From Podarcis liolepis (lineage: Eukaryota): 64,000 nt of DNA. The notes under the pieces were generated by a model, which was not told the origin of the DNA, did not search any database, and worked only from the letters and a program-made list of their open reading frames with translations. Where the stretch lies: assembly GCA_965112155.1 (NCBI GenBank), contig OZ218106.1; one strand, given 5' to 3'. The translations under genes were made by a program, and so were the position numbers. Each line of letters starts with the position of its first letter. Position 1 is the first letter of the stretch. Shown in pieces: positions 26,604 to 39,535 of the stretch.

Positions 26604-26979
26604 AGGCAAAGGCAAAGGACCGCTGGACAGTTAAGTCCAATCAAATTCAACTATGGGGTACAGCGCTCATCTCCGCCAAGGGATCTGGCGTTTGTCCACA
26701 GACAGCTTTTCCGGGTCTTGTGGCCAGCAGGACTAAACCGCTTATGGCACAACAGAACAGCATGAGGAGTGCTAGAGTGCATGGAAACACAGATTACTTT
26801 CCCGCTGCAGTGGTACCTATTTATCTACTTGCACTGATATGCTTTTGAACTGCTAGGTTGGCAGGAAGTAGGAAAAAGCAACAGGAGCTCACCCTGTTAC
26901 GCAGATTTGATCTGCCAAGCTTATGATTGGCAAGTCCAAGAGGCTCAGTGGTTTAGACCACAGCACCACCGGCATCCCC
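26604..26979 (-). mobile_element. Sauria SINE (full length, diverged)
   Basis: Minus-strand head GGGATGCCGGTGGTGCTGTGGTCTAAACCACTGAGCCTCTTGG and degenerate (ACCTTT)n-like tail; homologous to 56594-56966 and 63682-64000. Confidence 0.9.
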
Positions 26980-27014
26980 TTGTTGTAAGGCCAGTTTGGT
27001 GGATAAGGCCAATA

Positions 27015-27267
27015 CAGTGGTGCCTTGCAAGACGAAAAGAATTCGTTCCGCGAGTCTTTTCGTCTTGCGATGTTTTTTGCCTTGCGAAGCACGGTCCGTC
27101 GCAACTGCACCTCTTCAAGCGGCTTTAAAAAAAAAGCGCAAGACGTTTTCGTCTTGCGAAGCAAGCCCATAGGGAAATTCGTCTAGTGAAGCAACGCAAA
27201 ACCGAAAAACCCTTTCGTCTAGCGAGTTTTTTGTCTTGCGAGGCATTCGTCTTGCGGGGCACCACTG
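27015..27267. mobile_element. Tc1/mariner-pogo MITE with TA TSD
   Basis: 22-bp TIRs CAGTGGTGCCTTGCAAGACGAA / TTCGTCTTGCGGGGCACCACTG, with TA on both sides (27013-14, 27268-69). Confidence 0.9.
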
Positions 27268-27423
27268 TATCTTAGAGTAAAAGTTATTAGTTTTATCAAG
27301 ATCCTTCTTTGATAAATGTGCCGGAATTAACTTTCCTTTAATTGCTGGAAATTTTACTAATGTTGTACAACAATGGCAAGGAATTAAATGAAAGTTACTC
27401 ATGTCCTACTAATAATGCCAATG

Positions 27424-27425
<2 letters not shown>

Positions 27426-27462
<37 letters not shown>
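27426..27462. repeat. (CT)n microsatellite
   Basis: Direct inspection. Confidence 0.95.
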
Positions 27463-27467
<5 letters not shown>

Positions 27468-30400
27468 AACACCCAGGAAAATCTTGGGTTTGCACTGATG
27501 TAAATATTCTGACATTTCATCAGCATAATGGATCAACTGTTAATCTGCAATGTCTTGTAACCACAAGCAATAGTTCACAGGCTCAGTCTTTTGAAGAGTG
27601 AGTCATTGTTTTCTTGGAATTGTTTATAACTGTTGTACTTATATTAGTATGACGTATTGCTCATTGGGGATTTTATAGCTCTAGGAAGTACTGTATAAGA
27701 ATTTGGAGTAGTTCAAACTACTGTATATCTTGTGAAGGTTGGGACCATCCAATGGGTTCTCCTGTTTGTGATTCAACCATTTCAGCAAATACACAATGGA
27801 AATAAGGGTGCTCCTGTTGAGTCTGTTGAGTCAACAAGGGCTGATCTGCACAAGCCAGAGGCACGAGCTTGCAAGGGTGAGGGCGTGGGGGACAACAATC
27901 AGAGATACCCTGATCCTGAAGGTTCAATGTGGATTCTCATGGCTGAGACCCATTGATAGGTCTCTCTGCCAGGAATTTGTCCAATCCTTTTTATAAGTTA
28001 TCTATGGTAATGTGCAGATAAAGGTAAATACATACACTTTGTTAAATTTAGCATTGACTGGACAAGACTGAAGCAAATGAAAACAGATATTTATAGAAAA
28101 CCATATTACTTTTTTTCATGAGCTTTCTACAATGCTCTCTATTCCATCCAAAACAGAAAAGCAGAATAAACTCTGACCCTTGGCTGCCTATTTGACCACC
28201 ATTTTAAAAAAAGATTATTCATGAGACCTTTGATCTGTAGTAATTTTTACTGAACTTTCACATGCAAGAGAATGCATTTCATAATATATTCCAATAATTA
28301 ATCTTATTGTGCAAACTCTCTTTCCCAAGAATATCACAGAATGCTCTTCACTTCAGTTTTCCATCTTCTACAAAAAGCTATCCTTTGAATGTATTTAATG
28401 GTTCTCCCACTCAATCTTTTTTCATATGGACATTCACCTTTGCCCATTCTTGGCTTAAGGAATGTAATGAAGAACTAGAAGCAAGAACTACATGGGAGCC
28501 TGAAGCTTTCAGGAGGCAGGTTCAGTAGCTCAAGTCATACCAGGGAGTGAGGGGTTGTACCGAAGATAAGCTTTGCACTAGTGGAAAGGTCTTCCACACA
28601 TGCAAGGTGGTCCATTTGATTTTCAAAAGCCCCTTCTACTTCCTGCATCCCTGCACATTATACTCCATTCTGGTCTTGAAGGTCCCCCAAACATTAGAAA
28701 GCAATATTCAGGTGCAGAGGGGGCTGCCTTGTGTAGAGCACATCAGGAAAAATCAGGTGTCCAGTCTTGAGCGAGCAGAACTTGGATACAACTCAAGATC
28801 TTGTAAAAACCAGAAATTTACCAAAGAATGCAACACATTGTGCAGAAACAGCCTTTGAAGCAACACCACAAGGAAATTTGCCATTGAACATGCTGCTTCT
28901 AACCAAACCAGATGGCTGACTTGTTTTAGATCCATATTCTTGGTAGCCAATCCTAAGGCTTTATTTGCTTAATTTTTAGGATTAGGCTGTGAAAGGAACT
29001 AATGTACTTACACTGTTAGTAATTTTCATGTTCAGTAATTAGAAACGTAAATTGACTGCAAAATCTCCTGTACCGAGGGACTCACTCAGTGTGAAATATC
29101 CAGTAAAATCCCTGTTTGTATTCCTTCTCAACTTCTGTTACAAACCTACCTGGTAGATTTATTAGTTGATTTCACTCCAGTAGTCTGACTCCCTATGGTG
29201 ATCCCCAAATGTCTGCAGACCCTAACAAGTGCTTACTGCTGCAAAAGATTATGACATCATGGAGGTTAGCAAGAGAATGAATGATGTGGCTAGCCATGTA
29301 TTCAATATTAATAGAAGAGGGGGTTATAGGCAAACATGGCCTTTCTGTCAGGTAGAATGAATGAGATATATAATTTGTTTTGTCCTTCCTTTTAAAGAGC
29401 AAGTAGAAGGAGATAATCTATCTTAATAAGGGCATGCTTATAGTCTTAACCAACTAGAATACAACTTTTTCAAACCATCCATATGTGATCCCATTATTAA
29501 ATTAGGATTTTGAACCCAATGTAAATTATCAATTTATAAATCAGCCAGTCAGCTAAATTAGCCAGCTTTATACTGATAAATGGGGGCTAACAATGCAATT
29601 GCTGCTTTCTGAACCATAAGGCATGAGTTTTCACGTTCTGTCAAATCACTACAATGAATTATAGATTACTGAAGTAATATATGTTTTCCTTTATAAGATT
29701 GAACTCCCAGTACATTGTTATTACAGACAATAAAATCTACGGTTAAGTAGCTTAGCAATGACATAGTAGTAAAGAATGACAAATCAATGGCTAAACTCCA
29801 GGGCCTAACCGTGTACATTCCAAATCGCACTGAAATCAATGGTTTGAAATCAATCTAGCTCTCTGCTGGATTGTTGCTAGTGTATTCTCCATTAAGAGTG
29901 ATGCTTCATTCTTAGCTCCTAGTCAGCTGCAACAAGCTCAATGGACTGAGCCAGAAATTACCAGTGCTGTGTAACATTAAACAGTGCACTGCATTGATAC
30001 CACTAGTATCAAAATAAAAGCATGCTCGGATTCTAAAAATGCACTACAAAGATAAATAATATTAATGATTGCTTGAATCCCACTGGACAAAGGGGGGTGC
30101 TTCTTTTCCTTTGTTGTAAATTTCTTTTTTTTCCCTTGCCCCCCGGCAACCTGCTAGGGAGGCTTGGGGCCCCCTCTAGAACTGTGGGGATGTGGTGAAG
30201 GGGTGGCTACAAGGTGAACAGGGATGTTGCAAAAATAAAAACCACCTCCCTGTTTACTCCACTGGATGCCTTCCACTTGTGGAAGTGATCATCTGGATCC
30301 AAGATCATCAGTATCAACATCAGACTGTCATGGACTTGGTGGACCTGAAAACTGATCCATTGGGTTTGTTCTTATGTGCTTCTACACTGTTTATTTTGGA

Positions 30401-32044
30401 TTTCTGTGTCACCAGTTTTAATGGGCGAAGCTGGTTAGGCATGATACGCTGGCCTTGCCACTAAATACAGATTTCGGCTAATGCTTTGACTCTCATAGGA
30501 CAGTTGTTGAGCCTGGATGAAGAATGTTAATGGCACATACTAAAAATAACCACAATATTTCTTAATAAGAAAAACTAGACTTAAGTAAAATGCAACCAAC
30601 TGAAACCCTTATAAAAATGAAAATTATCCTAGTAAAATATTTTTAAAACCTCTTAATAAAGCTCATAAAAAACACATTGCAAGGCCTAATAGACCTAACA
30701 GAAAGTAAGGAAATGAGGCAGTCTCTTTCAGTCAGTGCTGCAGGAAAACTACTACACTACTTTGCAACACTCGTTTATTTGGGCCCCAAATCAGAAATTA
30801 AAGTTATTGGGTGTGTTTATATCGCCAAGGCTAGCGCAATACATTTTGCTGCCTGAGGTAGAAGCTGGAACAGCAGCATTACCCCAACAGCCAAGGTACA
30901 TTGTATCCAAGGCTGGTCAAGTTATTTTGACACCTGAGGCAGAAAATCCCACAAGCACCTCTTTCTGTTCCCAGCAGTAAAAGTGCAATTATAAGTAATT
31001 AAATAACAATTTCATGACATCCAAAATCAATTGGCCACCTTACTCTACCTAACGTAGGTTGACCCCAAATACCAGTCTCTTCAATGTTCATAGTCAAATC
31101 CATAATGGAGTTTATGTTACCAAAGTTCCCAGTGGGCTGTATCCAGGATCCTTTCTCCTCTAATAAACTTCTTTGCTAATAAAGCAAGGCTACTGACTAA
31201 AAGCAACCTAGTGTGACTAGTAGCCTGCACAGTTACGTACTAAGTATATTTCATGCTTCACTTTTTGTTTCTTGGCAATGAAGTGAGTATATGCAGCTAC
31301 TCATGTGCACATTTATTGCACAGGTCCCACTTCATATTGACAATTCTTTGCACAATGGGGTGGTGGTGTGAGAGCCCCAGGCTGTCTTCTGCACCCAGCC
31401 ACATGCCATGACTATGTGTGAACCAGTTCTTAGTAAAACACACTTGAGATGAACAGCCCATTGAAATGTGTGAGGGCTCTAACAGCATAAAGACTGGAGG
31501 ATATACTGTAATGCTGAACTTACGTATTTCAGGCTACTTCTTCTTTAGCCCATTCTTCAACTGAAAAGGGTCCCAGGCTGCCTTAAAAAAATCAGTAATA
31601 AGACAGTCCCTGCCTTGAGACTTGCAAATCTACAAGACAAACCTGTAAGCTGATCTAGGACGGCTTTCCTTAAGCTCTAACAATTTAGGGTAGTAAATAA
31701 CTCGTGTCCATTGACTTTAACAGGTCTACTTGGAGCATGACTAATGTTAGATATCACCAATTTTATTCAGGATTGGGGGATTGTTCCTTTGTGCCACCTG
31801 GATTCCATTTTGTTTTGAACTAAGTCATACTTCAAATTCTCTCACAGAAAGAGATTAAACGTAATTTCACTTATGTTTGGTTGTATGCAGCTTCTGTTTT
31901 TCTGCCCATAGAAGGGCTTTTGTCCCTTAGAAGCCTCTAGTAATATAAGGATTAAGATTATTCCCACCAATTACCTTCCTCCCTATGACTTCCCCCTATC
32001 CTATCCCATACCACCTCACCCACTGTTCTGGAGAACACTATGGG

Positions 32045-32072
<28 letters not shown>
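32045..32072. repeat. (GT)n microsatellite
   Basis: Direct inspection. Confidence 0.95.
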
Positions 32073-32076
<4 letters not shown>

Positions 32077-34238
32077 CACTTCTTTTCATTTCCATTAGCC
32101 TCTGCTGGATGAAGCATTGGGCATATCCTATTCTTTATTTTGGTTAGTGGGAAACCCTGAAAATGTTGGGTTTCTTATAAATATTCTTGTGGGGATTTCT
32201 CCTGCATCAGCCCCACTGAAATGAATGAAAGGTGGACAAAAGCAAGCTCACACTCATTTACACAGTGTATATTGGGGGGAGGGGAGATTCTGAGAGGTAG
32301 GGGGGAGCTAATGTCAACTTGTACATAGAATTGCCTGCAAAAAAATATCCTTTTTATTAATCCATTTATTGTTGGCATAACATGTGACATTTTGTAATGA
32401 CTTTAAATTCTGCTATACTGATGGGAGAGAGGACTGCTTAGCATATCCAAGCATGAATGAAGGCTGGTCAGTAGTGTGGATGGTTTTACAACCTGCCACC
32501 CCCTTTGAACAGCATGGGATCGTCCATGGTTTTGGCATGTATCCCAGAAATATTGCCCCAGGAAAGCGGAATTTTCACCTTGTGCAACGAGAGCAGCTGG
32601 TGTCAAGAGATGTTGTTCCCTTCAAGAGGTGGCACTTCTGGGAATGATATCATTCTAACTTCATGACCATCAGGAAGACAGAGGAATTGAAGACCATTTC
32701 CTTTGATCTGTTGATAGCGGGCAATTAGATTCCACCCTCCTTACATCTGTTTCAGCCTCTAGCTCCTGACGTATTCCCTAGCCATGGAAAAGTTAAGAGA
32801 ACTGTAAAAGGCATGTTTTGCTGGCAAACAGCAGCAAACTTGCTAGGCTTTCTTCATTAGGGTTAGCTATTTAAACCATCAGCAGCTTTCTGGGAGGACA
32901 TCGGACATGTGTCTACCAGATGCCTGCAAACAGAGCTCCACTAGGGACCTGACTCAACTTAACAATAATCTGCAGACAGCGGGTGTGAACCTGAGCTGGG
33001 CAAACACCTCATCAGGCTGCATGGCTAATTGATTTCAAAATTAGACTTGGTATTTCTGAACAATAATCTTAAAAGGCAGCAATAAAATCCATCAAAATCC
33101 TTTGAGCTAGCCAAGCTTTCATCCAAATGGCTTATTATACAGAGCTGGCACACCTGAACTTTGGCATGGACAAATAAATTCCCAACAGCAAATGGAAACC
33201 ACATTTGGCACTGAAGGTTTTGTCAAGTGAAGTTTGTAGTCATCAGGAAACAAAATCTTGGTTTCTCCTTCCCCCACCCCCCCAACCAAGCCACTGCCCT
33301 TAGTGACAGGAAATAATTCATTGAATTAGGGTTGCTGTTACTCTAGTGATCTTTTCAATCAAATATATATGGAGTGATTGTTTGGTAATTTTGGTTTGAG
33401 CATCGCCCATGTCCATGATACTAGAACCCTCTCCCTAAATACACCAACAACTACAGATTATCTAGCAGTGATAATTTAGTCACAGAAGCAGATCTATCCC
33501 TTTGAACTCTGAAGGTCTGTGTTCTGATATTGCAGTCCAAAAGAATTTAGGTCTCTCTTTTGCCTGGTCATAATAAATTATACCCAACCCCTGAGCAATG
33601 TTTGGAATCTTATCTGAAATCCTGGATGGGAGCAAACAATCACTACAGAGTAGAAAAACTTTGAGTACAAACTTTCTGGAGTTAGTATTTCAGACGATGT
33701 AAACTGTGCTTGATTTTTAATCTACATATGCATTGCTAGGTAGGGTTGGTCTCTCTCATCCAGATCAATGTGGTATTTAAAAGGAATGTAAGAAACTACA
33801 GATGGTTATCAGATCAGGATTGCAATATTTATGTGTGATGAAATACATTCTCAAAGATGAATAATCAAATACAATGATGTTTTAGTGGCTGGTACAGAAG
33901 AATACACTAGGACTTCTTCTCTTTGGGAGATAGTTACTTATTTAGGCGTACTACTTTTGAAATGGAAAATTATCCAAGGTTCTTCTGTTTGGAAGATGCC
34001 ACTGGCATTTGCAACAATAAGTGCAAGAACAAGAAGTTGTGAGATGAGGCTATAGCTTAAGCCCTGTTTAGTCATTTATTGCACATAGAATGAGCACATA
34101 TAGTAGAGCATAACAGTAGCAGGTTCAATCCCATAAATCTGTGGCTGTTCAATAGAACATCTGTAGGGAACCCCTATGCATATAGTTGTACAGAATGAAG
34201 AGGAATCCAGAATTGCATCCATTCTCTATGGAGTAAAC

Positions 34239-34340
34239 CATGGATGGGGAACCTGTGGCCTTCCATAAGTTGATGAACTCCAGCTTCCATCTGCCATGGC
34301 CAGTATCGCCAATGGCAAGGGATAGTTGGCACTGTAGTCC
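34239..34340. mobile_element. Short palindromic hAT MITE fragment (same family as 10658-10782), cut by an L2 tail
   Basis: GGGGAACCTGTGGCCTTCCA ... TGTAGTCCAACAAC; the right end is missing. Confidence 0.55.
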
Positions 34341-34342
34341 AA

Positions 34343-34378
<36 letters not shown>

Positions 34379-34610
34379 TTTATTAGTTATACCTCGCCCA
34401 TCTGACTGGGTTGCTCCAGCCACTCTGAGCAGCTCACAACAGAATATAAAAACACAGGGAAACATCAAAAACATCAAAACTTCCCGATACAAGGCAGCCT
34501 TCAGATGTCTATGGAAAGTCTTTGACATCTAGTAGGAGGGCATTCCACAGGGCAGGCGCCACTACCAAGAAGACCCTCTGCCTGGCTCCGTGTAGCTTCA
34601 TATCTCGCAG
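34341..34610 (-). mobile_element. L2 LINE 3' end with simple-repeat tail
   Basis: (AAC)n tail on the plus strand; the minus strand has GGGTCTTCTTGGTAGTGGCGCCTGCCCTGTGGAATGCCCTCC, matching the 'AFSVVAPALWNALP' L2 motif. Confidence 0.75.
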
Positions 34611-34698
34611 AACAATAATAAACAGCATTGAGACAGCAAAAGGTTCTTTGTAACAAACAAATGGACAGAACTATATATTCTTGCATTTCCTTGGTGCG

Positions 34699-34699
<1 letters not shown>

Positions 34700-34733
<34 letters not shown>

Positions 34734-34742
34734 TGTGTGTGT
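34700..34742. repeat. (CT)n(GT)n microsatellite
   Basis: Direct inspection. Confidence 0.95.
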
Positions 34743-35172
34743 TTATAAGAGAACCAGACAGATAGAAAGAGCAAAAGAGAGAGATGTTTAGGAATTTTAA
34801 AAATAGGGACCCCTTTCTGCTACAATTTGTAGTAATAAAATTGTGGAATAAATCCACTATAATATTTAGAATAGGTTTACATTGATATATGAGCTGCTAA
34901 GCAATTTCTTACACAGGTTTCTCTTTTCATTTACAGCAATTTAAAACAAATGTGTTCACACTGATTTCCAGAGCTGCTTCTTACTTTCACTGCTGAAAGG
35001 TGAACTGAATTCTTGTGGCTCACTAGCCCTCTGCCAACAACTGCACAGCAGGTACACAACTTCTACTTGTGTAGGCTTGGTGCGGAAGGCATAATCTACA
35101 CGGGGAAAGGGGAAAAATAACTCAGCATCGGGTTTCTGTTTTCAGTGGTAGCTCCATGCAGAGCATTATGGG

Positions 35173-35605
35173 TAAGGATGGGGGATAAATTCAATTCAGT
35201 TTGTATTTAAAAGCAAAGCTATCTGTTTTGCAGTTTATAAAACAATATGCAACCTGGATCACAGCCATTCTTCAAAATTCACATTTCTATGAATTTTGCA
35301 GTGCACTTCTCCAGCCAAGTAATGTGTACAAGAATGTACATAAAAAAGGGTAAAGTGTTCATTAAAATGCATATATTAAGAAAACTATCATACAGAAATG
35401 CATTCTATTAGGTGAAATTGCTTTGCAAAAATGTGTATATTAGACAAAATTCTATGAAAAATGTCTCTGATAGCAGGAATTCTCTCTAAAATGCTATGGA
35501 TTTTCATGTGGACTTTAACAAATAATTATCACAAATGGGTTTAGAAAAGTGGAGTGCTACACATAAGATTGAGAAAAAGAAAAAGAAATCAAACTTATTC
35601 CATAT
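35173..35605 (+). repeat. Copy of the AT-rich ~450-bp dispersed repeat
   Basis: CACTTCTCCAGCCAAGTAATGTGTAC and flanking blocks are shared with 15917-16372. Confidence 0.65.
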
Positions 35606-37026
35606 TTATGGATAGCTTCATCCTGACCACAGTTTATGTCCTAAGAGTGGTGAGTTGCTATCTAATGCACACAGCCTATGAGAATTGTTCTTATACAGGT
35701 TTTCAACTACAGGTGGGGTTTGAATACACCCTCCTTCAAAATCGTTTCTACAAGAATGTCCACCAGGAGTGCCATATCATATTTTGTGATACAGCAGCTC
35801 TAATTATTGACACATTCCATCTGAAACCCATATGTCTTGGGCACAGCAGGTTCTAAGACCATGCTAACAGTAAGTTAAATCTATGAACTTATCCATTAAT
35901 TAACTGGCTTTCCCTGCCCGCCCACCCCAAATTCCAGTTTCTGAATACAGGTGCTAATTTATTTAGTTGATGCAGGGGGCTTCTTTCAGTTAAATGAAAA
36001 ATCATTTAAGTCACTTTAAACTCTGCCGAAGATTTAGGTTGTGCAGATAGATTATGCTATCAGCGATGCCCATGCTTCTATGGGGATAGTAAATGTGCTT
36101 GGAATGGTATCTGAAAGTATACATTTTAATGCTGTGATTGCTTAATCTATGATGTATGCTTGCAGCTGACTGAGAAATTATCTTTCACTTCCAGCCAAGA
36201 GTAACATTATAGTTTGAGGCAAAGTATGAGCTAAAAAAGTTGATACATAATTTCCACACTCTTAAACTTTAGATTCTCTAATTAGCATCTCTGTCCGAAT
36301 TTCACCAAATTACTTCTTACAAGACAACATCTGCATATATATTAATTGTAAGCATAGATACAAGACCCATGCCCCAACCGCCACAATAGCATCTAATGTT
36401 TTAGGTGTTGATACTCGTCTTTTTGCATATCTTCAAAAACTACACACCGGCCTAACCAAAATGAAGAGCAGATGTACTAATAAAGACATTACAAGCAAAT
36501 TCTGACCTAAGTTACAGCTGTGGAACCCCACCGATTTCTGAGGGGCTTGCCTGGGTGTAAATGAGGGCAGATTTTGCTGTATGCTGTCATGGCATCCATC
36601 ATGATAAGAATGTTTTCATCTGGTTGTGAGGCAGAAGGAGACCTATGCCGTGCTGATAAAGAGTATTACGTGACTGTTCCAAAATTGGCCTTTTATCATT
36701 CTCCGCTTACGTTTTATATGTTTGCTACATGTAGGATACATATGCAGGGCACATGAAGGCTTTGAAGTAGTGCAAATAGCTGAGCAAAACCTCCCTAGAA
36801 AAATCTTGAGCCAGCTGCTGCTATTTCTTACATGTTTTAGATTAAAGCTTCAAGTCTACTCATGCTGGACCACCACAGGAGAAAAACTATGGGACACTGA
36901 ATGTTCTCATGCAGGGTGTTATAGAAACATCTGTGGCAAATTAATCTATCCTTATCCTCTGTGAAAATTCACAGGGTTTAATAGCTTTCTTACCTGTGAA
37001 GGGGTGGTCTAGTTATTGGGCTGCTA

Positions 37027-37057
<31 letters not shown>

Positions 37058-38317
37058 GAAAAAAAATCAACAATGCAACAATGACATAGGTTTGTATCAT
37101 TGGTTTGTTTGCATTATACCTATCCAAGCCACAATAAAGCATTTGAATAATGTAAGAGACATACTGTGTGAGACTGATCTTTTCATTTTAGTAGGTGTGC
37201 GAACATAGCTCGTAGGCATGAGAGCAGAATTCAGAGAGAATTAGAAAGCATTTTATAACTATGTGGAAGCTTGAGAGGGATAATTCATGCCATATAAAAC
37301 TGGCTATTAAATGCCATGGGCTTCCTAATGAGGGTGCACTTTTAGCAGCGGTATACTTTCCAGGGGAAGATGAAAGCAATGGTTTTGGGGTAAAAAGCCT
37401 TCTTAAAGAGGTTCGCTTTTGCCAGCAGTCTCTGTATTTTCAGTGGCCACTCCTGTCTTCAGACTCTCTGTGTGCAAAGTGACCACCTCACACACAAATG
37501 GTCTAGCTCCATAAAATAAAATAAAAATTCTACCATTCCACAATAAAAGCTTCAGAAAATGAAAGGGAAAGGGAAAGGGAAAGGGAAAGGGGGAAAGTCC
37601 TGTTTGGTTGATTGTTAGAGTGCTATGCTTCTTTAAATGAGAAGGATATCATTAGAGGGCTAGACCTGAGGGTTAGCTATTCCAAACCAAATTTTCATAA
37701 CAAATTAGCATAAGCAATCTAGATTATAATTTATCACAAGCATCGGGAAATGGAAGAGCAGTCCTACGAAGGCAGGGGTTGGAGGGGAGAGTCCATTCTT
37801 CCACTTCCTAAGTCCTGCTAGGCCAATGCTGGTCAGGGTCCCCCCCCCCCATGATTTCAGTTGGAGGGGAAACAACTCCAGGGCTAGTATCATTTGTCTC
37901 CCTTATTGGTGGGTGATGTTGGAGGAACAGAAGTGCTGAAGATTCAAGACTTTCCCCAGTATGTTCCCAAGATGCAGTTCTTCAGTCCTTATCTCGGTTG
38001 CAGCTCGAATGGTGGAAGAACAATGGTGGCGGAACTTTCTGCTCTGCAGTGAAGATGCTTCTGGAGGCAGACTTCCTTGCCACCCGCATACAGGAAGATC
38101 TGCAGGGTTGTTCCTTCAATTAGTAATAAAATGACATTTTGTGCGAATGTAATACTATAGAACTCACATTTCATCATTAAAATTCTGAAAGCTTGCAGTT
38201 TTTTCTTTTGAAATGCAATTTTTTTCTTTTAAAAAATAAGCTACAAGTCTTGCTGATGTATCTTAGAATCACAAGGACTACCAAGAGTAAAATGGAAAGC
38301 TGACAGATGAGTGAATA

Positions 38318-38446
38318 ATGGTATCTGAAGAAGTGTGCATGCACACGAAAGCTCATACCAAGAACTAACTTAGTTGGTCTTTAAGGTGCTACTGGAAGGA
38401 ACTTTTTTATTTTGACTATGGCAGACCAACACGGCTACCTATCTGT
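38318..38446 (+). mobile_element. Penelope-like (PLE) terminal-repeat-derived short insertion with 13-bp TSD
   Basis: TSD AGATGAGTGAATA at 38305-38317 and 38447-38459. The body resembles the reptile PLE end motif CTGAAGAAGTG...CACGAAAGCT...GTT(A/G)GTCT.TAAGGTGC...CAGAC.AACACGGCT (from memory). Confidence 0.75.
38319..38360 (+). ncRNA. Minimal type I hammerhead ribozyme motif
   Basis: Stem I UGGUAU (38319-24)/AUACCA (38355-60); core CUGAAGA (38325-31) plus one extra A; stem II GUGUGC-AU-GCACAC; GAAA (38347-50); palindromic AGCU in place of stem III; UC cleavage site at 38353-54. Confidence 0.75.
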
Positions 38447-38599
38447 AGATGAGTGAATAGTCTGACCTGGAATAAGGCAGCACCTTATGTTCTCAGGCTG
38501 CACCTTTGCTGCAAGTCCTTTTCTCAAATGCTACTGGCACACTCTGTCTGGTCCTCTAATGGGCTCAGACAAAGACCCAGGGCCCTATCATTTGTGTCA

Positions 38600-38720
38600 G
38601 ACTTGGACTTCAGATACTATTGGACTCCCAACTCCCATCATCGCTGACTGTTGGCTATGTTGGCTGGGAGTGATGGGAGCTGGAGTCATCATCTGAAGGG
38701 CTGCAGGCTCCCCACCCTTG
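38600..38720. mobile_element. Short palindromic hAT MITE fragment
   Basis: ACTCCCATCATC ... GTGATGGGAGC inverted core; same family as 10658-10782 and 60532-60657. Confidence 0.55.
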
Positions 38721-39376
38721 TTCTATGTGGGTGAGATGCCATTAGCTGAATTTGAACTGTACATAAGTGCAGTAAAGACTTTTTCAATAAGTCAAAGGCA
38801 TCATGACTAGTGGACTGTGCAATTAACAGGTTGAGAAATTACTGGGCTCTGTATATTAACTGTAAGCTGTAATTTATTGAGGTGTAGCTCAACACATTTT
38901 GGGATTTAAAACACAGTGTAATACAGTAGGGCGGTTTTATCAAGCTGTCCCATTTAACAGCCTGTGCAATTTAATGTGCTTCACAGGTGAAAACTAGGAT
39001 GGTGCAAATTAATCAGGCTGTGTTGTTTATTGGAGCTGTACAAAGGTATGTGGCTCATGCAACTCGTTGACTTAGTAGAGGCTATGTGTGTTTAGTAGGA
39101 GCTGCAATACATGGAGTTCAGGTTACTATTAGACCCGCATATCAAACACAATGTGATACTGTAGGAACTGCAAGAGAAGTTGAAGAATGACTACTCAAAG
39201 TGGAAAGAAGGAAAAAGCTCCATAAATGTGGACTAAATGTTACCAAAACTTGAACATATTTTTTATGGGTGAAATTAATACTTTTAAACAAGGATACACG
39301 TGAAATTAGAAGAGTGAAATGCTGATCTGTCAGTATTAGACAAACCCCATTCTAGCTGCAAGTGTTGAGTCCTAAG

Positions 39377-39535
39377 CAGTGTTGTCTTTTCTGGGGGGGG
39401 GGGGACGATGCAGGGGGACGCATAGCCCTAAACATTTTGTGAATCTAAGTTTGGCCTCATTGAGGGGCAGTATTTCAACATGAGAAGGAAAATGAGAGTA
39501 CCCCTAAACATTTTTTTAGGAAAATAAAAGCACTG
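39377..39535. mobile_element. hAT MITE, inverted sister of 11865-12010
   Basis: Contains TGTGAATCTAAGTTTGGCCTCATTGAGGGG (reverse complement of the first copy) and ends AAAAGCACTG; TSD degraded. Confidence 0.85.

Noticed and set aside
27015-27267. CRISPR-like spaced repeats
   Set aside because: The genome is eukaryotic, and the repeats are short, irregularly spaced, in both orientations and enclosed by TIRs with a TA TSD.
38008-38123. Possible coding exon (LEWWKNNGGGTFCSAVKMLLEADFLATRIQEDLQG) after TTGCAG
   Set aside because: Weak acceptor, no good donor before the stop, and no protein I can recognise; tblastn or RNA-seq would be needed.
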